Shown here: piece by piece, positions 19,246 through 27,725 of the stretch | Layout of the letters: the number at the start of each line of letters is the position of its first letter | How positions within the stretch are numbered: the first letter of the stretch is position 1 | NCBI GenBank assembly: GCA_040900345.1 | Contig: JBBDZE010000035.1 | Span: 20,125-57,509 of the forward strand | Reading direction: 5' to 3' | Length of the DNA stretch: 37,385 bases | DNA from: Candidatus Spechtbacterales bacterium | GTDB taxonomy: Bacteria > Patescibacteriota > Minisyncoccia > Spechtbacterales > 2-12-FULL-38-22 | Program-made: the position numbers and the translations under genes | Notes under the pieces: model-generated | What the model saw: the letters and a program-made list of their open reading frames with translations, nothing else | The model's database searches: none | Told to the model about the DNA's origin: nothing

Positions 19246-19274
19246 TATTCAGAGATACCGCAGAAGCGGAACCA

Positions 19275-19517
19275 CTACTTCGCCTTTGAGCTCAACTTGT
19301 AGCCGCGCCATCCCATGTAGCCAGCCACAACGACTGCAACAATGCTCACCCAAGGCGGAACAGACCACTCGCCGATGCGAACGTCCGTGTCATACAGAAT
19401 GCGCAAGGCGTGCATGGTCGCGACCAACAGAAAAAGTCCGGCCGCAGCTACCAAATAGTCATGTTCGCCGCGCAGTCCGGAAGAGCGAAAGCTTCGATGC
19501 TTTTGCTTACGTGCCAT
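19275..19517 (-). CDS. Small two-TM hypothetical protein
   Basis: LFLLVATMHALR..W.VP.WVS; TGnTATACT upstream. Confidence 0.75.
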   Translation of the reverse strand: MARKQKHRSFRSSGLRGEHDYLVAAAGLFLLVATMHALRILYDTDVRIGEWSVPPWVSIVAVVVAGYMGWRGYKLSSKAK

Positions 19518-19585
19518 TTCAATAGATTAAGTATAACACCTTATAGTATACCACTTGGCAAGAGTGAATGTTTTCCCCATCGTAT

Positions 19586-19640
19586 GCAGTTCTATACAAG
19601 AAAACTCCCACTATGTGAGAGTTTTCTTGTATAGAACTGC
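19586..19640 (-). terminator. Long hairpin terminator after the H1-like gene
   Basis: 22-bp arms GCAGTTCTATACAAGAAAACTC / GAGTTTTCTTGTATAGAACTGC. Confidence 0.75.
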
Positions 19641-19646
19641 TTGGCG

Positions 19647-19808
19647 CTATCGCTTGCGCGCGGCTGTTCGCTTCTTCGCGGGCTTTTTGGCGGCCGTCTT
19701 GCGTACCGTTCGCTTCACGGCTTTCTTCGCCGGCCGCTTTGCGGCCGTCTTTTTTGCAGCCGGCCTCTTGGCCGTTCGTTTCTTCACTGCAGGTTTTTTG
19801 GTTGCCAT
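19647..19808 (-). CDS. 53-aa histone H1-like Lys/Arg/Ala/Pro-rich protein (not in ORF track)
   Basis: MATKKPAVKKRTAKRPAAKKTAAKRPAKKAVKRTVRKTAAKKPAKKRTAARKR*. Confidence 0.85.
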   Translation of the reverse strand: MATKKPAVKKRTAKRPAAKKTAAKRPAKKAVKRTVRKTAAKKPAKKRTAARKR

Positions 19809-19819
19809 GTGTGATTGTT

Positions 19820-19998
19820 CCCGCCCGCAACGCTAAAGCGTAGCTTTGGCGGGCGCGGCGCTTCGCTCACACCAGAGTTTAGGTTTTAGTCCGCCTCCGC
19901 CGGTTGGCGGATGGCGGGTAGGTTTTAGGGAGGACTGCATTCGCCCTCTGCAACCTATTGCCTACTACTTAGAACCTAACATTAGCGAGCGCAGCGAG
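19820..19998. repeat. Mosaic of REP-like palindromes and inverted heptamer repeats
   Basis: CCGCCCGC..GCTAAAGC.TAGCTTTGGCGGGCG; nested CCGCC[TCCGCCggttGGCGGA]TGGCGG; TTTAGG and ACCTA 7-mers; GCGAGCGCAGCGAG. Confidence 0.55.
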
Positions 19999-20244
19999 TT
20001 AAGGACGACCTTTCTCCGAGGTGGTGACATGACAACGCTTTCACGCTGTATATGCGGAAGACAATGTCCCCCACGTTGGTACTTCTATTATACGACACAA
20101 TGCATCATAAAAAAGATGTGTATATCTTTCATCCGCATTGTTGCCGTGCCTCATTGCGCGCAACTGACGTTCGCGCTACCCTAGCAGTATATCCTTAACT
20201 TCTGCCTGCGGCTTTTATAAAAAGCAACGGGCGGCCACAACGAC

Positions 20245-20445
20245 ATGAAGCATCTATCTTGTAAAAATGTTTCGGGAAAAGACTGCGACTACGTCGCTCA
20301 AGGTGAGGCTGGCCAGGAGACCAAGCAGCAGCTCATTGAGCACGGACGCCAAACGCACCCTGAACTACTCGAGGGCGTCTCCGAGGAAGAGATGGCTCAG
20401 ATGGGCCAAAAAATGGACGAGGTTATGGAAGACACCGAGGCCTAG
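20245..20445 (+). CDS. DUF1059 family small metal-binding protein
   Basis: MKHLSC..SGKDCDYVA.G......EH...H. Confidence 0.85.
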   Translation: MKHLSCKNVSGKDCDYVAQGEAGQETKQQLIEHGRQTHPELLEGVSEEEMAQMGQKMDEVMEDTEA

Positions 20446-20453
20446 CCCCCCCT

Positions 20454-20492
20454 CAACCAAAAGCCGGATCGCTGTGGTCCGGCTTTTGGTTG
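20454..20492. terminator. Bidirectional terminator
   Basis: CAACCAAAAGCCGGA..TCCGGCTTTTGGTTG. Confidence 0.8.
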
Positions 20493-20493
20493 T

Positions 20494-21258
20494 CTACCCC
20501 GTCCCTCCCAGTACGTCGGCTGCCGCCTCGCGATAGGCACAGTAGTCACAACGGTTGCTGGCGGGGGGCGTCTCCTCGGCCATCAAACATTCATGGGCGC
20601 GGGTGAGCGCGCCTTCCACCCATGAGTCGTCGCCCTCGTGAGCAATAAGGGTAATATCAAACTCAATTCTGCCGTCGAACGCTGCCGCATCCGTACGACC
20701 GTTGCAGTACACAAAGTATCCCGTGTTGGAAACCGGCAATTCATTTTTGCGCAGCAGCCACTGGTACATTTCCATTTGCCGTTTGTACCCGTCCTGCCAG
20801 GCCTTATCCAGCGCAGTAATTACCTCGTTCTTGCTGGTGGCCTTGTAATCCACCACGATATACTTCCCATCCGAGTCCTGCCACAAATCATCAATGGCAC
20901 CGGAAAATATGAAGTTCGTGGGCTCGTGCAGATATTCTACGCCTTGGAAGTTTTCCCGCCACACGTTCAGCTTGTCGTGGGGTACGGGACGCGCGTCCAC
21001 GCCGTATTGGGCAATGAGAGGATGGGGAGTGCCATTTGTCCGGTGAATATCAAACTCTTTTTTCAACAACGTGTCCACCGCAGAGTTGAGGTTAAAGGGA
21101 AACCCCGGCGGCCGCCCCACCCCCAAGCGACGGTCCATATAAAAACAGCGGGGGCACTCCATAAAAAGCTCCACCTTGGAACGGCTCAGCTTGAACGGCT
21201 TACTGCCGGCCGGGTCAAATATATTGCGGGTGCGTTTGGGATTGTAGTAGTCGCTCAT
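20494..21258 (-). CDS. PD-(D/E)XK nuclease family protein (RecB/Cas4-like)
   Basis: LSRSK..CPRCFY, GAIDD, VVDYK, QMEMY, CDYC. Confidence 0.9.
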   Translation of the reverse strand: MSDYYNPKRTRNIFDPAGSKPFKLSRSKVELFMECPRCFYMDRRLGVGRPPGFPFNLNSAVDTLLKKEFDIHRTNGTPHPLIAQYGVDARPVPHDKLNVWRENFQGVEYLHEPTNFIFSGAIDDLWQDSDGKYIVVDYKATSKNEVITALDKAWQDGYKRQMEMYQWLLRKNELPVSNTGYFVYCNGRTDAAAFDGRIEFDITLIAHEGDDSWVEGALTRAHECLMAEETPPASNRCDYCAYREAAADVLGGTG

Positions 21259-21294
21259 TCGAGAGGTATTTTAAAACACGGTGCGCGCCTCCTC

Positions 21295-22452
21295 TTATCC
21301 GGCCCACAGCCCATGCACGAACAGCGTGGTGTAGAGCGCCAACAACAATATAGAAGTCAACAGCCAGCCAAACCGCAGGTGCGGAGCTTTCACATATGCA
21401 ATAGCAATGAACATGGGGAAAAGCACCAAAATGTACCGGCCAATGCTCATCATAGTGCCGGTGCTCAACGCCACGGCCAATGTTGCAATCATGTAGAGGC
21501 CGTAGGAGAGCCGCACCTTCCACATCACGAATGCTACCATGGCCAGCGCGAAGGCAACAAACATCAGGTCGAGTGCGAAGTTCGTGGTGGCCGCGTGGGT
21601 CGAAAAGTCAAAGTGGTCCTCGTTGATATTAAACGATCGCCCCCACGAGCTTTCCACCTTCAAGAAAAGGAACGGGTCGCCAAACGCAATATAGTGGTAG
21701 GCAAAAAATCCCAGCGTCCCCAGCGGGGGCAGTGCCAGGGGGAGGAACTTCGGTTTCAAAAAAGCGCTCACGCGATAGCCGTGCTCGCGCCAGTACTCCC
21801 ATACCAGGGGAATGGTCAAAAGCACACCCGTCACGCGCGTCAGCGCGGCCAGCAGACCCAATACTCCCGCCACCCCATACGCGCGTTTACGAACCGCGTA
21901 TACGGCCGAAATAGACAACAACAAAAAGAACGATTCGGTGTAGACGGCGTTCAAAAATATCGCGGTGGGAAAAACAAGCATCGCCACCACCGCAAATATC
22001 GGGTCGGCCTTGGGGTGAAAGTCGCGCACGAGCCGCGCCAACATTACGGCGGCGCCAACGAGGGCTACGCTACTGATAAGCCACCCGGCCAGCACGTAGC
22101 TTTCGGCCAGGGCAATGCCTACTACCTTCATTAAGAAGGGATACAGCGGAAAGAATACGATATTGGCCAGCTCACCCGGCCCTAAATACTGATAGCCATG
22201 CTGGACGATATCCAAATACCAGCCCGAATCCCACCGCGCGTGCATACCAATGAAGTCCCAGCTCGGTTCGGGCCATATGCTATGGTGGCGCATCCACAAG
22301 TAGGCAGTGTCAGGTTCCAAATGGAAGCGGTTGAATACCGTGTAGGCGAATGCGTTGATTGCCGCCCACCACACCACCACCATGCCCAGCACCGTACGGT
22401 CGAGCGAAACGCCTTTGGCAGTCAAAAGTTTCTTCATGAAAAGTCGTTCCAA
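21295..22452 (-). CDS. PIG-V-like mannosyltransferase (GT-C)
   Basis: RWDSGWY.DI...GY, FFPLYP, YTESFF, LTRVTG, RY; multi-TM. Confidence 0.85.
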   Translation of the reverse strand: MERLFMKKLLTAKGVSLDRTVLGMVVVWWAAINAFAYTVFNRFHLEPDTAYLWMRHHSIWPEPSWDFIGMHARWDSGWYLDIVQHGYQYLGPGELANIVFFPLYPFLMKVVGIALAESYVLAGWLISSVALVGAAVMLARLVRDFHPKADPIFAVVAMLVFPTAIFLNAVYTESFFLLLSISAVYAVRKRAYGVAGVLGLLAALTRVTGVLLTIPLVWEYWREHGYRVSAFLKPKFLPLALPPLGTLGFFAYHYIAFGDPFLFLKVESSWGRSFNINEDHFDFSTHAATTNFALDLMFVAFALAMVAFVMWKVRLSYGLYMIATLAVALSTGTMMSIGRYILVLFPMFIAIAYVKAPHLRFGWLLTSILLLALYTTLFVHGLWAG

Positions 22453-22521
22453 GCAACTCAGTAATATATTGTATTATACACTGCTAAAAACGAGCGCTTG
22501 GGGTGGGGTCCTTTTCTATCC

Positions 22522-23709
22522 TCACTCCGTAAACACCCGGGGATTAATGCGGATAATTTTGTCGTCCCCTGCGTTCACGCGGCCCCGCCCGTCACGGTTG
22601 CTGGTGGAGATATAGAGCACCTGCCCTGAGGCCCTCGAAGGGTCGGGGCCGAGAGTCACCGCTCGCAGGCGGCCAAACTCATTCACGAAGTGCGCTTTCA
22701 ATTCCGCCACGCGGCGCCCTTCCGTAGTTTCTGACGAAGGAGGGTCGAGCACGGCCTCGTATAACGCCGAACCGCGCAGGCCGGCAAAAAAGATGCTTCC
22801 TTCAAAATACGCCATTCCCCCCGGCGCCCAGGTATAATCGGCGCCCGAGTGAATGACCGGTGCTACCATCGCGTGCCCGGTCTCATCGCCTTCAATCTCC
22901 GGCCAGCCATAGTTGCTGCCGTCCATAATGCGGTTGAGCTCATCAAACCCCGACTGCACGCCCGAACGGCCGTGTTCGGTTGCCCACAGTTGGCCCGTAT
23001 CGTCCCAGGCCAAGCCCTGCGGGTTACGATGCCCCCACGAATAAATCTCGTTCCCAAAGGGGTTGGCGTCGGGAATAGAGCCATCATCATTGAGGCGCAG
23101 TATTTTCCCGGCAAGCACATCTGGCTCCTGGGCCCACTGTTCATTCCCCGCGTCTCCCGTGGTGATATACAAAAGCCCATCCGAGCCAAACGCAATACGC
23201 CCGCCATCATGGAACGAAGCACCGGGGATGCCCGCGATAATTTCCGTGCGGTCAGCCAGAGTGTCGTTTTCAAACCGGTAGCGCTCCACCCGGTTGGTCA
23301 GCCCGCCACTCTCCTGCGTGGTCATATATAAATAGAGGTAGCGGTTCTGCTCAAAATTGGGATGAAGCGCCAGCCCCAACAGCCCGCCTTCGCCCACGTG
23401 GCGCACGCCGTCAATTTCAAATACTGTGCGGTCTTGGCCAATGCGCACGAGCCGCCCGGGCCGCTCGGTCACCAGCATGTCTCCGTTTGGCAAAAAGGCA
23501 ATTTCCCAGGGGATGGTCAGGCCTTCGGCAACTACGGCCACGTCCTCACCGCCGCGCACGCCCTCCTCAACATCCTGCGGCACGTCCTGAGCGTTAAACA
23601 AAATGGTGGTAATAATCTGGTCGCGAAATACCAACATACCACCCGCCACAGCAAGCACCAAAAGACCGGCAATGAGTACCCTATTCTTCTTCGTAAAATA
23701 TCGCCCCAT
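22522..23709 (-). CDS. PQQ-dependent glucose/sorbosone dehydrogenase family
   Basis: PWEIAFLPNG, ERPGRL, GEGGLLG, HDGGRI, GHRNPQG, NYGWP, GRLR, SNRDGRG. Confidence 0.92.
   Translation of the reverse strand: MGRYFTKKNRVLIAGLLVLAVAGGMLVFRDQIITTILFNAQDVPQDVEEGVRGGEDVAVVAEGLTIPWEIAFLPNGDMLVTERPGRLVRIGQDRTVFEIDGVRHVGEGGLLGLALHPNFEQNRYLYLYMTTQESGGLTNRVERYRFENDTLADRTEIIAGIPGASFHDGGRIAFGSDGLLYITTGDAGNEQWAQEPDVLAGKILRLNDDGSIPDANPFGNEIYSWGHRNPQGLAWDDTGQLWATEHGRSGVQSGFDELNRIMDGSNYGWPEIEGDETGHAMVAPVIHSGADYTWAPGGMAYFEGSIFFAGLRGSALYEAVLDPPSSETTEGRRVAELKAHFVNEFGRLRAVTLGPDPSRASGQVLYISTSNRDGRGRVNAGDDKIIRINPRVFTE
22621..22644 (-). repeat. REP-like hairpin in frame inside GSDH (encodes DPSRASGQ)
   Basis: Minus strand GACCCTTCGAGGGCCTCAGGGCAG; interrupts the usual GPDGxLY motif. 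Confidence 0.6.
22714..22746 (-). repeat. Second REP-like hairpin in frame inside GSDH (encodes DPPSSETTEGR)
   Basis: Minus strand GACCCTCCTTCGTCAGAAACTACGGAAGGGCGC; imperfect stem. Confidence 0.5.
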
Positions 23710-23830
23710 ATATACTGATAGTATAGCACCCCGCCCGCTCTCCTTGACGAGCGCTCCGGTTCATCGTATACCTAAACCAATCCTTTTCAATGTAAAGGTG
23801 CTCTGCGGCACGCGAAAGTAGGAGCCGCCC

Positions 23831-24220
23831 GTGAGAAGCCACGATGAAGTATACTGGTTCATGGGAGCGCTCGTTACGGCTCCTCCCTGCACAATCGACA
23901 TCCGCACCTGCTGGCAGCGAGACGAACCCTCGGAAACGTACGAACTACCCCTCGAAGATGAGCGCTGGACACGAGCCCTGGTAACCATTGCCGGTCCGCC
24001 GGGCACTGGCATTCAAGATGAGCGGGGCATTATCTACTTCAAGGCGACGCTGGTCCGTCTTTCAGGGAATGGCTTTGTCGGCGTTCCACTCGTTTTCGAG
24101 CGGGCGCAGGTGGAAATCCTGCTCAGCAACCAAAGCCAAAAGGGGGTCGTCTCTCCCATTGGCGACCCAATCGAGATACGGCTGGAACGCCCGCCGGAAG
24201 GCCGTCCAAGCTATCGGTAG
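23831..24220 (+). CDS. Orphan hypothetical protein
   Basis: SD AGGAG before GTG; TTGACG-N17-TATACC at 23744-23772. Confidence 0.6.
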   Translation: MRSHDEVYWFMGALVTAPPCTIDIRTCWQRDEPSETYELPLEDERWTRALVTIAGPPGTGIQDERGIIYFKATLVRLSGNGFVGVPLVFERAQVEILLSNQSQKGVVSPIGDPIEIRLERPPEGRPSYR

Positions 24221-24262
24221 GAGCGAAGCGCCTCGGCTTGTTCGGAGCAGAAAGGAATACCT

Positions 24263-24559
24263 ATGTCAGCGCAGGCCTTTCACATTGACAAGGCGCCAAC
24301 ACTCGGAGAGATCGTCCCCTCGCTCTTCGGCCCCACCCACCAGCGGCACGCCAATCTGGTCACCTTCCAACTCGCAGGAGGTCCCGTCGTCACAGAGCGC
24401 GTGACCTCACTTACCAGAGTCGGGTGGGATGAGTGGGAGGTCGTCATGGACACCCCCGCCATTCGGTTCGCTGCGCAAATTACTTTCAGCCGTGGCATTC
24501 TTGGCTCGGGCACCATGACCATCGAAGACAAACACGTAGTCGTACCAGCCACCGGCTAA
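24263..24559 (+). CDS. Orphan hypothetical protein, beta-rich
   Basis: SD GAAAGGA before ATG; followed by a palindromic terminator. Confidence 0.65.
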   Translation: MSAQAFHIDKAPTLGEIVPSLFGPTHQRHANLVTFQLAGGPVVTERVTSLTRVGWDEWEVVMDTPAIRFAAQITFSRGILGSGTMTIEDKHVVVPATG

Positions 24560-24605
24560 CAACCCAGCTCTTCTAGCTCTCGGCCGCATGGTCGCACGAG
24601 CACTC

Positions 24606-24635
24606 ACAGCCCCCGGCGCATGCGCCGGGGGCTGT
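24606..24635 (+). terminator. Perfect 30-bp palindrome terminator
   Basis: ACAGCCCCCGGCGCA|TGCGCCGGGGGCTGT then TGTATTT. Confidence 0.75.
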
Positions 24636-24665
24636 TGTATTTCTTAGTAATATATAAAACTTGAA

Positions 24666-24696
24666 AGGCCCCGCCAGCGTATTGCCGGCGGGGCCT
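24666..24696 (-). terminator. Terminator of the 416-aa gene
   Basis: AGGCCCCGCC..GGCGGGGCCT. Confidence 0.7.
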
Positions 24697-24717
24697 ATTT
24701 GCAGTGAGGCAAGCCTT

Positions 24718-25968
24718 TCACTCGTCGCTTTCAAATTCCAGTACCTCACGGAGCGCGGTAATGCGCTTTGTAGTTGCCGCAATGCTGGTCCCCAACGCTT
24801 CTCCACGCTGCGCGAGCTCCTTCTGCTCGCCCTCAAGTCCAGCAAGCTCTTTAAGCGCTTGCCGAAGACGCTCTTCCAGCATCCGCTTGAAATACACGCG
24901 ATCGTTGGGCGTTCCTTCAAACCGCGCCCCTGACGCTTCCCCTTCCACCCTTGGTGTCTGCGGGGTTGGGTTCTCCCTCGACACCACAGGTCTCGTTGGC
25001 AGAGGCATAGCAGCCGCCGAAGAATCAGAATGTGAAGGAGAAGCATGCGAAGGCTCGTCAGCCCCCTCACTCCCGCTGGCTGCCGCAGGTCCTGTCGACT
25101 GCCCCTCCCCCTTTTTGTTGGGATAGGGGTAAATGTCGGGCGACAGCACCCCCTCGTAGCGCTTCCCGGGAAATTCCCGTTCAACTCCGAGGGCCTCCAA
25201 CACTGCCTGCATCTGAGAAATGGTGAGGCCGTATATCTCGGCTGCCCGCTCGGACCCGATGCAGGCGGCCACCGCCTTGATGCTCTCATTGGTAGCACCG
25301 TCGGCAAAAAGGACCCTCAGCCGCTCTGCTGAAGGAGCTCGAAATGCGGCGCCCCGTCTCCTCGAGCGTTCGATCGGAGGCTGCTTGGGCGGCGGGGCAG
25401 GCCCCGCCGGCACCGAAACATCATTCGGCCTCGACGTTTCCTGCCCTGCGGGCCTTTCTGAACCAGCGTGGACTTTTGGCGGCAGCGCCGAATGCCCGCT
25501 ACTGCCCACAGATCCCACCGGATGATTTCCGTTGGAAGGAGCTTCCTGAACGGGTGGTGGAATCGGCACGAAGGTCTGCCGAAATACCGAATGGGGCAGT
25601 TCTAGTGAGCGCGGCTCACCCTCGCCCACCCGATCTAGGAAGACCTTTCCCCTGCCCTGATCGGCGATACGAAAACGTCCCCGATGCCCCCCGGTAAAAC
25701 CGCTGACATAGGCATCGGTCCACATCTCATCATCGTGGATGGTGGCACCCTTGCTCAGCGCCTTGAGGACATTGCGGTAGGCCTCAAGCTTCGTTCCATG
25801 CGAAGCCTGAGCCGCCGTCACCGTCAGCGCCTCGAACTTTACGAATTCTTCTGTTCCTCCTTCGAAGAATCCGCGAGGCTGCAGAATCTTCAGCACGCCG
25901 GCCGGGCTGTAGCCGGCACGTCCTCGCAGATCGCCGACCTTTTCATCGGTCCGCGTTTGACTCGTCAC
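24718..25968 (-). CDS. Orphan modular protein: N-terminal domain, Pro-rich linkers, HTH-like segment, C-terminal coiled coil
   Basis: SD GGAGG before GTG; own terminator; RAAEIYGLTISQM resembles an HTH; heptad C-terminus. Confidence 0.65.
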   Translation of the reverse strand: MTSQTRTDEKVGDLRGRAGYSPAGVLKILQPRGFFEGGTEEFVKFEALTVTAAQASHGTKLEAYRNVLKALSKGATIHDDEMWTDAYVSGFTGGHRGRFRIADQGRGKVFLDRVGEGEPRSLELPHSVFRQTFVPIPPPVQEAPSNGNHPVGSVGSSGHSALPPKVHAGSERPAGQETSRPNDVSVPAGPAPPPKQPPIERSRRRGAAFRAPSAERLRVLFADGATNESIKAVAACIGSERAAEIYGLTISQMQAVLEALGVEREFPGKRYEGVLSPDIYPYPNKKGEGQSTGPAAASGSEGADEPSHASPSHSDSSAAAMPLPTRPVVSRENPTPQTPRVEGEASGARFEGTPNDRVYFKRMLEERLRQALKELAGLEGEQKELAQRGEALGTSIAATTKRITALREVLEFESDE

Positions 25969-26055
25969 TGCCGTTGTCCCTCCGCTACGCTCTCCCGTAT
26001 TAGGGGATTTATAGCACTAAAAAAATCACGCGTCTATACATATGTATGCCCTTGC

Positions 26056-26619
26056 CTACGCAACCGCCCGCGTGCGCAGTTGGGCACGAAGGGTTTGGTA
26101 GTCGGGGAGAATAGCCGCAACGCTCGCCCAAAACTTTGGCGAGTGGTTCAGCACTTTGAGGTGGCACAATTCGTGCACAATAACATAATCGGCAAGTTCG
26201 GCCGGCAGCAAGAGGAGCCGGTAATTGAAGTTGAGGTTCTGCTTTTTGGAACAGCTCCCCCAGCAGGTCTTCTGATTTTTAATACTCACTTTGTTATATG
26301 CAAAGTCGCCTTCCGCATTGAAGTGCGCCAAACGACTTTGCACAAACGCGCGCGCCGCCTCTTTCAAACGCAGATACTCTGCTCGGCTGCCTTTGGAAAG
26401 CGCCGTGCCTTTGAACTGTTCAAAATAGGCAAGCTTGGCAAGCAGCCAGTCGGCCTGCTGTAGCACAAACGCCTCGGCCGCCCGCTCACTCACTCGCCAG
26501 GGCAGTGTAACCACGCAGCGGCCACCCGGATACACCGACAGCTTCACTCGCCGCGCCCGCCGATGCCTACGCACCTGGTACGCGACCGCCTTGTCTTTAA
26601 GCCGGATGGATTTTTGCAT
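26056..26619 (-). CDS. YgjP/DUF45 (M48-like) metal-dependent hydrolase
   Basis: QKTCWGSCS, LNFNY.L, DYVIVHELCHL..NHS..FW; TGCTACAAT 6 nt before ATG. Confidence 0.9.
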   Translation of the reverse strand: MQKSIRLKDKAVAYQVRRHRRARRVKLSVYPGGRCVVTLPWRVSERAAEAFVLQQADWLLAKLAYFEQFKGTALSKGSRAEYLRLKEAARAFVQSRLAHFNAEGDFAYNKVSIKNQKTCWGSCSKKQNLNFNYRLLLLPAELADYVIVHELCHLKVLNHSPKFWASVAAILPDYQTLRAQLRTRAVA

Positions 26620-26650
26620 GCAGTTATTGTAGCATCGCCTCCGTCTTAAA

Positions 26651-26686
26651 AACGAAAAGCCGTCCTCTCGGGAACGGCTTTTCGTT
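26651..26686 (-). terminator. Terminator of orphan 26743..27093
   Basis: AACGAAAAGCCGT..ACGGCTTTTCGTT. Confidence 0.75.
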
Positions 26687-26742
26687 CTCGTGGGACGGCT
26701 TCAGGGGCTCTGATACTCGCCCTGCTAACCAAGAACTCTTGC

Positions 26743-27093
26743 CTAGTTCTCTCGCATCTCCCTGATGCTGACCTTGAGCCGCTCGAGGAGTCGCGCGATC
26801 AGTCGGAACATCAGATCATCGGCTTCGGCCGGGTTCTGTGCAAATGTGATGATGGCCTCTGCAATCCCATATCCCAGGCCGACTACGTCCGCGTCAGGAG
26901 GCAGTCCCTCCGACTGATTCCGTTTTCGCCACGTCAGACAGTACACGAGGTCGCTTATGACCTTGCCATCTACACCAGAGATGACTTGGAAGCCCCCAGC
27001 GTGCTCGTCGCCCTGCACCGCTTGTGTAACCTTGTCACACAGCGCCCGCAGGAAAAGCCCCTGCGCTTCCAAGCGTCTCAACGAGTATATCAT
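26743..27093 (-). CDS. Orphan helical hypothetical protein
   Basis: SD GGAG; promoter TTGACT-N17-TATTTT (27168-27140); terminator downstream. Confidence 0.65.
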   Translation of the reverse strand: MIYSLRRLEAQGLFLRALCDKVTQAVQGDEHAGGFQVISGVDGKVISDLVYCLTWRKRNQSEGLPPDADVVGLGYGIAEAIITFAQNPAEADDLMFRLIARLLERLKVSIREMREN

Positions 27094-27183
27094 TCTTGCT
27101 CCAACTCATGCGACACGATGTCAGAACTTCTATGCTTGCAAAATACTCCATTTAAAGAGCCTAGTCAACTACCCAGCCCACAA

Positions 27184-27219
27184 TAAACGGCTAGGTAGCG
27201 GCAAAAATGACAAGGCCCC
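27184..27219. repeat. Copy A of a 36-bp imperfect direct repeat
   Basis: TAAACGGCTAGGTAGCGGCAAAAATGACAAGGCCCC; 32/36 identical to 28262-28297. Confidence 0.85.
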
Positions 27220-27237
27220 TGACGTGCAGGGGCCTTG
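27211..27237 (-). terminator. Terminator of orphan 27296..27499, overlapping repeat A
   Basis: CAAGGCCCCTG-acgtg-CAGGGGCCTTG followed by a T-rich tract on the minus strand. Confidence 0.75.
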
Positions 27238-27295
27238 GCCGCGAACTCCTCTTTGCTCACGGCCTAAATGTTCAATTGTTCGCTCGACTTATCAA

Positions 27296-27499
27296 CTACT
27301 CCTCCGAGATCTCCTCGCCCTCCTCATCATCGCTCGATTCCGCTCGGGCGAAGCGCGGTACAAGACGACGCGTTCGCTTCCCGCTGTTGATGCGCTTCAG
27401 CATCACCTCGGCAATGTACAGCGCGCTGATCAGAAACAGAAGCGAAGCCGCCCCCATCGTCAGATATGCCGCCGCGACTTCAATATGACTCGGGTCCAT
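27296..27499 (-). CDS. 67-aa single-TM orphan with acidic tail; start moved to MDPSHI
   Basis: SD GGGGAGAGG; TM then basic then acidic segment. Confidence 0.6.
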   Translation of the reverse strand: MDPSHIEVAAAYLTMGAASLLFLISALYIAEVMLKRINSGKRTRRLVPRFARAESSDDEEGEEISEE

Positions 27500-27618
27500 G
27501 ACCTCTCCCCTCATGTACGGATTTGCTAGCCGCGTTCTGGCCACTCGGATTGGCTCGACTCGCCCCCAGCATACGCAAAACGGGGCATGAAAACAAGCCC
27601 CCGGGCCTCTAAGGGCGC

Positions 27619-27645
27619 ATGGATTTTTGCATTGCCTTCATTGTA
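27619..27645 (-). pseudogene. Remnant copy of the ygjP-like 5' end (-10 box plus MQKS)
   Basis: ATGGATTTTTGCAT at 27619-27632 equals 26606-26619; both have TACAAT 6-7 nt upstream of the ATG; reads MQKSMRP*. Confidence 0.65.
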
Positions 27646-27668
27646 TACCGAACAGCCCAAATCAAAGA

Positions 27669-27709
27669 GCCGGCGAGTAGTTTGTTCCGAAGAACATTTC
27701 CTCGCCGGC
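27669..27709 (-). terminator. Hairpin downstream of orphan 27726..28124
   Basis: GCCGGCGAG..TGTTC/GAACA..CTCGCCGGC. Confidence 0.6.
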
Positions 27710-27725
27710 CTTGTCCCCGAAGGGA

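Noticed and set aside
20494-21258. Cas4 of a CRISPR system
   Set aside because: Stand-alone PD-(D/E)XK gene in backbone-like context; no array or other cas genes
20638-22134. 498-aa plus-strand ORF and similar long ORFs (989..1660, 7342..8073, 25684..26463)
   Set aside because: Antisense or alternate-frame shadows of well-supported genes, with no motifs
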